Assembly (NCBI GenBank): GCA_021741155.1
Contig: JAIOYP010000005.1
Location: 46,668-110,667, forward strand
Length of the DNA: 64,000 nucleotides
Source of the DNA: Flavobacteriales bacterium
GTDB taxonomy: Bacteria; Bacteroidota; Bacteroidia; UBA10329
Direction of reading: 5' to 3'
Below the pieces are notes generated by a model that saw only the letters and a program-made list of their open reading frames with translations, was not told where the DNA came from and made no database searches. This document shows positions 40,527 through 48,922 of this stretch, in pieces (position 1 is the first letter of the stretch; every line of letters starts with the position of its first letter). The position numbers were made by a program, and so were the translations under genes.

Positions 40527-41059
40527 GCTACTGCTTTCAGAATTCTATCAACTTGGCCAATGTGACGAATTACGTGCTGACGCATGAATTTGACGCTTTG
40601 CAGAACGCTCAATTTTCCCGCTGCTGGATGCTTGAAAAGCTCATTGTCAATGATGTTTTCATCCACCGTTTCGTACTGCTTTCTAAGTCCTGCTCTCACT
40701 TCGTTCCATTCTGCCACAGCCTGTGCATAAGAAATGTCCATTCCCTCAGGAATCTGAGCCACAGGAGGAGCCTTGTACTTGATTGGAAGCGAAACAGCCA
40801 GATTCAGTAGCTTCTGCTTTACTGCTGCCCCAAATGTGGCTTTTTGATGTCCACCTACTTCCAGCTTTTTCGTCATGTAGTTCAATGCACCAAGCTCTGC
40901 AACCTTCAAGTGGTAAATCGTCTCGGTAACCGACCAAGAATTCGCAGCAGGTTTTTTTGTGAGCGTTTCCTCCGAATACTTCTCCAATCGTTTGAGCAAT
41001 TGTTGGCGCTCGTTCTCCATTTTGTCAAATGCCGCCAATAGTTCTTTCCGTGTTGCCAT
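40523..41059 (-). CDS. DinB-family protein
   Basis: WSVTETIYHL, KHP..G and H..RH..Q motifs. Confidence 0.85.
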   Translation of the reverse strand: MATRKELLAAFDKMENERQQLLKRLEKYSEETLTKKPAANSWSVTETIYHLKVAELGALNYMTKKLEVGGHQKATFGAAVKQKLLNLAVSLPIKYKAPPVAQIPEGMDISYAQAVAEWNEVRAGLRKQYETVDENIIDNELFKHPAAGKLSVLQSVKFMRQHVIRHIGQVDRILKAVA

Positions 41060-41067
41060 AATTTTTT

Positions 41068-42090
41068 TCAATAAACGTTTAAGCGATTCACTGCCTTTGC
41101 GGTCTGCATCGGATTCCAATATCGCCAAGTTCTGTATTCCTCGAATGTCTTGACGTGCAGAGGCAGCCATTTTAGAAATTCTTCCTTGTCGTTTTCATGG
41201 AGAATAGTTGCCAAATAGGCTTCTAGAAACCCAAGGTTTTCCAAATCGTTCAAACGTTGGAATAGTGGCGAAATGGTGAAGTCGATGTAATTCCAGTTTT
41301 CGAGGAGACATTTTCGCTTCGCCAATTGGAGGCCTGATTCATTAGCTGAACTTGAGCACTTCTCTGAAAGCGCAATCTTTAAACTTTGGTCTAGCTTTTC
41401 TGGATTACCGTTCCATTTTGATTCGTATACAACATTTGAGCAACTAGAAATGAGCATGGCAGACGACCTCAAAAGGTCTACATCATCCGTCATATTGAAG
41501 CAGATTTCGGCATAAAACCACGCCCAAATATGATTGCCAGTAGCCTTCATTAGTTTGGCTGCCCAAAAGTAATTCTCAGCAAAATTTGGAGCTTTCTGAA
41601 TGCCTGCTTCAAACACGGCAAGCGCATCAACGGCTTCTTCCATTGCCAATTTTCTTTTCCCTAATTCAAAAAAAAGAACACCCTCTGATGGAAGTTTTTG
41701 AATGCCATATCTTAGTGCGTCCAATTCCTTTTTTCGCTCAGGATCCTGCGTTTTTTTCGATTCATCCAACTCTAGGTAACAGTTAGACAAGGCGATATAT
41801 AAATCAGCTTGCGCATTCTTGTTATACTGAAGCTCGAAAAGATATTTCTCTGCCTTTTTCGGATTTCCGCTTTTCAGGTAGGCCTTCCCAATCTCAAAGG
41901 CATAATCATAATCGTGAGGTTCGAGATTTCGTGCTTGTTTCAGCAGTTTAATGCCTTCTTCGTACTGGCCTTCATCTATTAGTTTGATTCCTTCAACGCC
42001 AATGGAGTAGGCGTCTTTAGCGGCTTCGGTTTGGGAAAACGCAACCTGCATTACGAGGAAAAAAGAGCAACAAAGCCAAAGGCGCATCAT
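41068..42090 (-). CDS. Secreted TPR protein
   Basis: Signal peptide; TPR-like helical repeats. Confidence 0.75.
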   Translation of the reverse strand: MMRLWLCCSFFLVMQVAFSQTEAAKDAYSIGVEGIKLIDEGQYEEGIKLLKQARNLEPHDYDYAFEIGKAYLKSGNPKKAEKYLFELQYNKNAQADLYIALSNCYLELDESKKTQDPERKKELDALRYGIQKLPSEGVLFFELGKRKLAMEEAVDALAVFEAGIQKAPNFAENYFWAAKLMKATGNHIWAWFYAEICFNMTDDVDLLRSSAMLISSCSNVVYESKWNGNPEKLDQSLKIALSEKCSSSANESGLQLAKRKCLLENWNYIDFTISPLFQRLNDLENLGFLEAYLATILHENDKEEFLKWLPLHVKTFEEYRTWRYWNPMQTAKAVNRLNVY

Positions 42091-42332
42091 CTCTCAAATG
42101 TAATCAAATGAGCTACTTAGAAAAGTTGTCGCTAGGCAAGGAATCGCAGTAATTTCCATCCTTGAAATATGGTTTTCTTGTTTGCCTGTCTACCTCAAAT
42201 TTGGTTAATACGAACCTGTCGTTTGTCGAAATCATTTTGTTGTAGTCACGGATGATTTAAATATGGCTGTCGACTGTAACTATAGTGGTCGTTTGTCGTT
42301 TTATCCACCTGAACCAACATCAAAATAAAGGA

Positions 42333-43418
42333 TTGGAAAATTTATTTGAGTACTACAAGGAACTTGAGAAAGACCGACTCAGTTTTATCTTCAATGGCGA
42401 TGTAAGTGATGATATTACAGACGGCATTATCCGCATCACCGAGTTCAATGTCAACAACTTTGAGGCACTTGCTAATCTTAGTAAGCGCATTTCCTTCATC
42501 ATGGTCGAATGTTTTCAGAACGTGGTTCGCCATGGTTTGAAAGCAGAACAAGGCTCGGAAAAAGAAAAAGCGGGCGGTCTTTTTGCAGCACGATTGATGG
42601 GAGAGGCCAACTATGTCAGTTCAATCAATTTGATAGATATTGAGGAGGTTGAGCTTTTACGTGGAAAGTTGAATCAGCTGAACAGCATTGAAAAGGACAA
42701 GTTAAAAGCCCTGTATTTGGAAGTGTTAAACAACGCAGAATTGTCATCCAAAGGAGGTGCGGGACTTGGGTTGATTCAGTTGGCAAGAAAAGCTGGGCAA
42801 CCAATCTCGTTCGACTTTCAAGACATAAGCGACCATCTTTCTAACTTTTATTTGTCTCTCAAGTTGACTACCGATGGCCAATCCCAGCCTGGTGAAGCAT
42901 TGCGCTTCACTAAATCGTTTGATGAGAAGATTAAAAACTCGGAAGTCCTAATGATCTATAAAGGCGATTTTGGAAAGGATTCCATTATGCCAATTATCCA
43001 AATCATTGAAGAGAAGGTGAAAACCGACAACGAATTAACCACTTCAAAAGGGTTTTTCCTGATTTTGGTGGAATTGCTTCAAAACGTATCTCGGCATAAT
43101 CTAAATAGCATTACCAAGGATGGTATTTTCATGATTACAGAAGACAAGAGCGGAACCTATTGGACATCTGTTGGAAATGTAGTTGATGGTGACACCAAGG
43201 CATTGTTAATGGACCGCATTGACGGACTCAATGCCATGGATGAAATGGGATTGAAACAAGCATATAAGCAAACGTTGCGGGAGGGATCCTTCAGCGATAA
43301 AGGTGGAGCAGGATTGGGACTGATTGAAATTGCTCGCAAGAGTTCAGAAAAGTTGAATTACAGCTTTGATGAGCTGGGAAATGGAAACTATTTCTTCACA
43401 TTTAATGTCAAATTTTAA
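42333..43418 (+). CDS. SiaB-family protein kinase, tandem double domain
   Basis: Two copies of VE..QNV.RH and KGGAGLGLI..ARK; start uncertain (TTG at 42333, ORF track from 42285). Confidence 0.8.
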   Translation: MENLFEYYKELEKDRLSFIFNGDVSDDITDGIIRITEFNVNNFEALANLSKRISFIMVECFQNVVRHGLKAEQGSEKEKAGGLFAARLMGEANYVSSINLIDIEEVELLRGKLNQLNSIEKDKLKALYLEVLNNAELSSKGGAGLGLIQLARKAGQPISFDFQDISDHLSNFYLSLKLTTDGQSQPGEALRFTKSFDEKIKNSEVLMIYKGDFGKDSIMPIIQIIEEKVKTDNELTTSKGFFLILVELLQNVSRHNLNSITKDGIFMITEDKSGTYWTSVGNVVDGDTKALLMDRIDGLNAMDEMGLKQAYKQTLREGSFSDKGGAGLGLIEIARKSSEKLNYSFDELGNGNYFFTFNVKF

Positions 43419-43421
43419 GAA

Positions 43422-43799
43422 ATGATTGAATCTTTACACTTAGTAGCTACCGAAGACACTCCGTTGGTCGATTTTAATACAACCACTGGAATATTTAAGG
43501 TGAGTGGGCGCTCGTTACCAGAAGACGCTTTGGTGTTTTACAAGCCAATTGAAGATTGGCTGAAAGCGTATGTCGAAGACCCGCTTGACATGACTACCAT
43601 GGAAATGTCGGTCGATTATTTCAACTCTGCATCTACACGTTACATTTTCAATATTCTGATGACTTTGGAAGACTTGATTGATGCTGGAAAAGAGGCCAAG
43701 ATTATTTGGAATTATCGGAAAGATGACGACATGATTGAAGCCAAGGGAGAGGAGTTGGAGAGCATTTTGGAAGTTCCATTCGAAATGAAAATGATTTAA
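43422..43799 (+). CDS. SiaC-family regulatory phosphoprotein (DUF1987)
   Basis: ATEDTP.VDF, SGRSLPED and YFNSAS motifs. Confidence 0.85.
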   Translation: MIESLHLVATEDTPLVDFNTTTGIFKVSGRSLPEDALVFYKPIEDWLKAYVEDPLDMTTMEMSVDYFNSASTRYIFNILMTLEDLIDAGKEAKIIWNYRKDDDMIEAKGEELESILEVPFEMKMI

Positions 43800-43804
43800 T
43801 ACCT

Positions 43805-44905
43805 ATGGCGAGAGGCTCAGTTAAAGACGTACGATTGCAGTATGCGCTCTATGGTGCGCTGTTCGGATGTGCATTTCCGATAGTTGCAACGCTTTTTGAT
43901 GCGTTTATGCGCGACCTTGGCCTCGGTCTCAACGGGTTGATTGAAGCACAGAAAACACAACCACTCCATTGGATTATTGACACCGCTCCCATCTTTCTTG
44001 GATTCTTTTCTTGTCTTGCTGGAATTAAGCAGCAGGATGTGATTGAGATGAATGAAAGCCTAGAACGCAAAGTAGAGCAACGAACCGAAATGCTTCATGA
44101 GCAAAACGAAGAGCTCCGCACCATCCAAGATGAATTGGAGGACAGTTTAACCCGTATTTCGCACAGTATAAATTACGCACAGCGTATACAAGATGCCATT
44201 GTGTCGAATACCAATGAATTGGAGGCTGCGTTTCCAGACTCGTTTGTCATGTTTAGACCGAGAGACGTGGTTAGTGGCGATTTTCCGTGGTATTTGAAGA
44301 AAGGAGATTACCATTATTTGGCAGCAGTTGATTGTACTGGTCATGGTGTTCCAGGTGCGTTTATGTCGCTCATTGGTTATTTCCTTTTGAATAGAATTGT
44401 GAAGGAAAATGGCTTTTCTAACACGGATGAGATTCTAACCGAATTGCACAAAGAAGTGGTGAAAGTTTTGAACCAGAGCGATGACTCAGATGTACATGAT
44501 GGAATGGATTTGGCGCTTTGCCGTATTGACACGGTAAAAAAAGAAGTGATGTATTCAGGTGCTGGAAACCCAGTTTATCACTTGAACGAATCAGAACTTA
44601 CAGAATATAAAGCCGATTATTGGAGCATTGGCGGCACGCAGTATCGCAAGCGTGGCGACTACAGCGCGCATTCGTTCAGCTATAAAGATGGCGACATGAT
44701 TTCGATGTTCTCTGATGGTATTACCGATCAGTTTTCTGCTGATGGCCAAAAGAAATTCGGATTCAAAAAAATCAGAACACATCTCGAAAACAACTCATCT
44801 GGATCGATGGCCGAAATGAAAACATCCTTTGAAGCAGAAATGAATCAATGGATGGGCAACCACAAGCAACTAGACGATATGCTGATGATGGGTGTGAGGT
44901 TGTAG
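43805..44905 (+). CDS. Membrane-anchored PP2C/SpoIIE-type Ser/Thr phosphatase
   Basis: VSGDF, DCTGHGVPGAFMS, DGMD, SDGITDQF and QLDD motifs; two N-terminal transmembrane helices and a coiled coil. Confidence 0.9.
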   Translation: MARGSVKDVRLQYALYGALFGCAFPIVATLFDAFMRDLGLGLNGLIEAQKTQPLHWIIDTAPIFLGFFSCLAGIKQQDVIEMNESLERKVEQRTEMLHEQNEELRTIQDELEDSLTRISHSINYAQRIQDAIVSNTNELEAAFPDSFVMFRPRDVVSGDFPWYLKKGDYHYLAAVDCTGHGVPGAFMSLIGYFLLNRIVKENGFSNTDEILTELHKEVVKVLNQSDDSDVHDGMDLALCRIDTVKKEVMYSGAGNPVYHLNESELTEYKADYWSIGGTQYRKRGDYSAHSFSYKDGDMISMFSDGITDQFSADGQKKFGFKKIRTHLENNSSGSMAEMKTSFEAEMNQWMGNHKQLDDMLMMGVRL

Positions 44906-44927
44906 GTCTCTATTACCCGAAAAATCT

Positions 44928-44974
44928 GTCATTATGAGACCCCATTAAATCTTAAAATGGGGTCTCATAATGAC
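44928..44974. repeat. Perfect 19-bp palindrome
   Basis: gtcattatgagaccccatt-(9 nt)-aatggggtctcataatgac. Confidence 0.85.
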
Positions 44975-45086
44975 GGTTTTCTCCTACGTATGTACCATTC
45001 ATAGATCAGCAACGACCACTCATGGGTTTGTGCTTGATGCGTTGAAATTCTCGTGCTTCATTTGCGCGGAACTAACTCATCTACAC

Positions 45087-46799
45087 ATGAAAAAACATTT
45101 CCTTTCTGCTCTTTTTATGGCCGCCATTTCATCCATGGCAATGGCGCAAGACATTACTTCTAACCTAGAAGCTTACGTCTCATTCGATAACGGAAACGCC
45201 ACTATTGATGCTGGTGCTGCAACCGTGGCGGGCATCATAAACGGTGCTACCTCCGCCAGCGATAAAGACGGAAATCCAAACTCGGCCATGTATTTTGACG
45301 GTGGAGATTGGATTGACTTTGGCAATTACAGCAACTATCAGTTCGGTTACGACAGTTTCACGATCGCTTGTTGGATGAAGGCAGATGCGACCGGAACGGC
45401 CGGTTATGTGATCGGGAAACGAGGCTTCACTTCTGGTTCGGATCACGTTTACGGACTGACATACAATTACAACAGTGGCGGACAGGTTCTCAGTTACCTG
45501 CGCGATGACAACAGCAATTCAGCCACGTACCCTACCTTCTCTGTGGCAGCTGGTCAGTGGCATCACGTAGCAATCATGGTTGACCGTACGCTGAATGCTG
45601 CCATCATTTACGTTGACGGTACTATGGTTGCTGCTCAAGTTTTGCCCATGGGTTTCGTAGGCATGAATGCCAATGGCACCAGCTTTGGCAATCTTGTAAT
45701 GGGCAGTGCATCCAATGGCGACCAATACTTCAAAGGATGGGTGGATGAAGTAAGAATTTACCGCAGAGCATTAAGCGAGGCAGACATGAGCGAATTGATC
45801 GGTCCACAGCAATGCGTGGTGAATATTCCTGATGCCATTCTAAAAACGGCTTTGGTGAACAACTCAAACATCAACACCAATTCTGACTTCGAAATCCAGT
45901 GCTATGAAGCTGCCGACTACACTGGTTCCATCAACTTGTTTGGAACCAGTGTTACAGACCTCACTGGAATAGAGGCTTTCACTTCGGCTTATGATTTAGA
46001 CATTACTGGAACGGGTGTAACCTCTTTTGACATTACTCCGAATGTTTCGCTAGCACAGTTTTCTGCTGGGAATTTGTCTCTTACAGGAACGCTGACCTTC
46101 GATGCGGCCAATGCTGCATTGGAAGCGGTTTTTATCCAAAATAATCAATTGAGCGGTTTAGATGTGAGCGCACTTCCAAACCTTCAATTCTTGGACTTCA
46201 ATTACAACAACTTAGTAAGTCTCGATTTAAGCCAAAACCCTGCTTTGGTAGGTCTTACAGCTCAAGGAAACATGCTGACAGCTTTAGATCTGAGCAACAG
46301 CCCTCAACTCACCACTGTGTTTTGTAATTCAAATGCAATTGTTGCTCTTGATCTTTCGGAGAACAGCGCGTTAGCGACCCTCAATTGCGAGAGCAACTCG
46401 TTGAATTATCTGAACGTGGCCAATGGCAGCAATACCAATGTCACGTATTTCAACGCATTGAACAATCCTGATTTAACTTGTATTCAGGTGGACAATGTGG
46501 CTTATAGCACCACCAACTGGACCAGTGTTTCTTCTTGGTCAACTTTCAATACCTACTGCACACCGCCCATTACGGTTGGTGTGGATGAAGCAGAATCGCA
46601 AGCATTTGAAATGTTCCCAAATCCAACCACAGGAACACTTCATTTTTCAGAAGCCATTGCAGGCCAACTTTTGGATGTGACAGGAAAGATTCTGATCCAA
46701 TTCCCTATTTCGCGTACGCTTGACCTAAGCACATTGGCCGAGGGCGTTTACCTCATCCGAAGCAACAGCGGAGCAGTAAGCCGAATCGTAAAAAACTAA
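45087..46799 (+). CDS. LamG-like + leucine-rich-repeat protein with T9SS type A CTD (copy 1)
   Basis: FTIACW, WHHVA and DEVRIY (LamG); LDLSQNPAL repeats; FPNP CTD. Confidence 0.9.
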   Translation: MKKHFLSALFMAAISSMAMAQDITSNLEAYVSFDNGNATIDAGAATVAGIINGATSASDKDGNPNSAMYFDGGDWIDFGNYSNYQFGYDSFTIACWMKADATGTAGYVIGKRGFTSGSDHVYGLTYNYNSGGQVLSYLRDDNSNSATYPTFSVAAGQWHHVAIMVDRTLNAAIIYVDGTMVAAQVLPMGFVGMNANGTSFGNLVMGSASNGDQYFKGWVDEVRIYRRALSEADMSELIGPQQCVVNIPDAILKTALVNNSNINTNSDFEIQCYEAADYTGSINLFGTSVTDLTGIEAFTSAYDLDITGTGVTSFDITPNVSLAQFSAGNLSLTGTLTFDAANAALEAVFIQNNQLSGLDVSALPNLQFLDFNYNNLVSLDLSQNPALVGLTAQGNMLTALDLSNSPQLTTVFCNSNAIVALDLSENSALATLNCESNSLNYLNVANGSNTNVTYFNALNNPDLTCIQVDNVAYSTTNWTSVSSWSTFNTYCTPPITVGVDEAESQAFEMFPNPTTGTLHFSEAIAGQLLDVTGKILIQFPISRTLDLSTLAEGVYLIRSNSGAVSRIVKN

Positions 46800-46821
46800 G
46801 ATGATGTAGTGTGGGTTTGAA

Positions 46822-46858
46822 GAGCCTCGGGCGCGAAAGCGTTCGGGGCTTTCTTTTT
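46822..46858 (+). terminator. Intrinsic terminator (repeated at ~48762-48800, partial copy at ~27398-27427)
   Basis: gagcctcgggcgc-gaaa-gcgttcggggctt plus a T-rich tail. Confidence 0.7.
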
Positions 46859-47032
46859 GGAGAATGTTGACAGTTCCCGCCCGAAACCAAAAAGATGCGG
46901 TGAAAACCGCTTTGGAAGGCCGAACAAACAAGGTTTGATACCATTCGTGGATCAGAAACGACCACTCATGGGTTTGTGCTTGATGCGTTGAAATTCTCGT
47001 GCTTCATTTGCGCGGAACTAACTCATCTACAC

Positions 47033-48739
47033 ATGAAAAAACATTTCCTTTCTGCTCTTTTTATGGCCGCCATTTCATCAATGGCAACGGCTCAGGACAT
47101 TACGTCCAACTTGGAGGCCCACATCTCTTTTGATAACGGAAACGCCACAATTGATGCTGGTGCAGCAACCGTGGCCGGCATCATAAACGGTGCTACTTCG
47201 GTCAGTGATAGGGACGGAAACCCCAATTCGGCCATGTATTTTGACGGTGGCGATTGGATTGACTTTGGCAATTACAGCAACTATCAATTTGGCTACGATA
47301 GTTTTACAATCGCTTGTTGGATGAAGGCAGATGCGACCGGCACGGCTGGTTATGTAATCGGGAAACGAGGCTTTACTTCTGGTTCGGATCACGTTTATGG
47401 ACTGACTTACAACTACACTAATGGTGGACAGGTTCTCAATTATCTGCGCGATGACAACAGTAATGCAGCCACGTATCCTACCTTCTCTGTGGCGGCTGGT
47501 CAGTGGCATCACGTAGCAATCATGGTTGACCGTACCCTGAACGCTGCCATCATTTACGTTGACGGCACTATCGTTGCTGCTCAACCTTTGCCTATGGGTT
47601 TCCTCGGCATGAATGCCAACGGTACCACCTTTGGCAATCTTGTAATGGGTCGTGCATCCAATGGCGACCAATACTTCAAAGGATGGGTGGATGAAGTAAG
47701 AATTTACCGCAGAGCATTAAGTGAGGCAGACATGAGCGAATTGTTCGATCCACAGCAATGCGTGGTGAATATTCCTGATGCCATTCTAAAAACGGCTTTG
47801 GTAAACAACTCAAACATCAACACCAATTCTGATACGGAAATCCAGTGTTCAGAAGCCGCCAACTACACTGGTTATATCAACGTGGCAACAGCCAATGTTG
47901 CAGACCTCACGGGAATAGAGGCTTTCACTTCGGCAGTTGGCCTTGATATCAGCTTCACGGATGTCACCTCATTCGACATTACTCCAAACGTTTCGCTTAC
48001 TTATTTCAATTGTACTCAATTAGGCTTAACCGGAACGCTGATCTTCAATGCGGCCAATGCAGCATTGCAACAAGTGTTTGTGGGCCAGAACCAATTGAGT
48101 GGCTTAGATGTAACAGCACTTTCAAATCTTAATCATTTGAATTGTGCATACAATAATAGCATTGCAAGCCTCGACCTTAGCGCAAACCCTGCGCTGGGTA
48201 TTTTGGCCATGAACTATAACGCCATCAGCAGTTTAGACCTATCCAATAATCTTCTGCTAGCTGATTTTTCGTGTGCAGGCAATGACCTCTCGACACTTGA
48301 TCTCTCGCAGAACAGCGCATTAGCGACCCTCAATTGTGAGGACAACTCATTAAACTATCTGAACGTGGCCAATGGCACCAATACCAATGTCACGTCTTTC
48401 AATGCGTTAAACAATCCGGATTTAACGTGTATTCAGGTGGATGATGCCGTTTATAGTACATCTCATTGGCCAGGAGTAAGCGGGTGGACCAGTTTCAATG
48501 AAAGTTGCATAAGTGTTGGAATAAATGAAGCTACAAGCAGTGAGTTCCAACTCTATCCGAACCCAACTTCTGGCTTCATTTCCTTCACAGAACCAATTGC
48601 AGGTCAGCTTTTGGATGTAACAGGAAAGATCTTGATCCAATTCCCTAATACACGTACGCTTGACCTAAGCACATTGGCCGATGGTGTTTACCTGATCCGC
48701 AGCAACAGCGGAGCGGTAAGCCGAATCGTAAAAAATTAA
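47033..48739 (+). CDS. LamG-like + leucine-rich-repeat protein with T9SS type A CTD (copy 2)
   Basis: Paralog of 45087-46799. Confidence 0.9.
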   Translation: MKKHFLSALFMAAISSMATAQDITSNLEAHISFDNGNATIDAGAATVAGIINGATSVSDRDGNPNSAMYFDGGDWIDFGNYSNYQFGYDSFTIACWMKADATGTAGYVIGKRGFTSGSDHVYGLTYNYTNGGQVLNYLRDDNSNAATYPTFSVAAGQWHHVAIMVDRTLNAAIIYVDGTIVAAQPLPMGFLGMNANGTTFGNLVMGRASNGDQYFKGWVDEVRIYRRALSEADMSELFDPQQCVVNIPDAILKTALVNNSNINTNSDTEIQCSEAANYTGYINVATANVADLTGIEAFTSAVGLDISFTDVTSFDITPNVSLTYFNCTQLGLTGTLIFNAANAALQQVFVGQNQLSGLDVTALSNLNHLNCAYNNSIASLDLSANPALGILAMNYNAISSLDLSNNLLLADFSCAGNDLSTLDLSQNSALATLNCEDNSLNYLNVANGTNTNVTSFNALNNPDLTCIQVDDAVYSTSHWPGVSGWTSFNESCISVGINEATSSEFQLYPNPTSGFISFTEPIAGQLLDVTGKILIQFPNTRTLDLSTLADGVYLIRSNSGAVSRIVKN

Positions 48740-48922
48740 GATGATGTAGTGTGGGTTTGAGGAGCCTCGGGCGCGAAAGCGTTCGGGGCTTTCTCTTTTT
48801 TTAGAGGAATACGATTGTCTGTTTACCTGCCCAAAGGAAATGGTATAGACCTAATTATCGGAAGTCCAAAAATGCTGAATGGAACATGTTTATACATTCT
48901 CGCCAAAACCTGCGATACAGAA

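Larger units (their letters stand above)
44993..48794 (+). repeat. Tandem duplication of a ~1.86-kb unit (promoter region + gene + terminator)
   Basis: 44993-46854 is homologous to 46939-48794, including near-identical upstream and downstream noncoding DNA. Confidence 0.92.

Noticed and set aside
42218-42298. 11-bp direct repeat gtcgtttgtcg upstream of the SiaB-like gene
   Set aside because: Only two copies 70 bp apart; may be regulatory but too weak to call.
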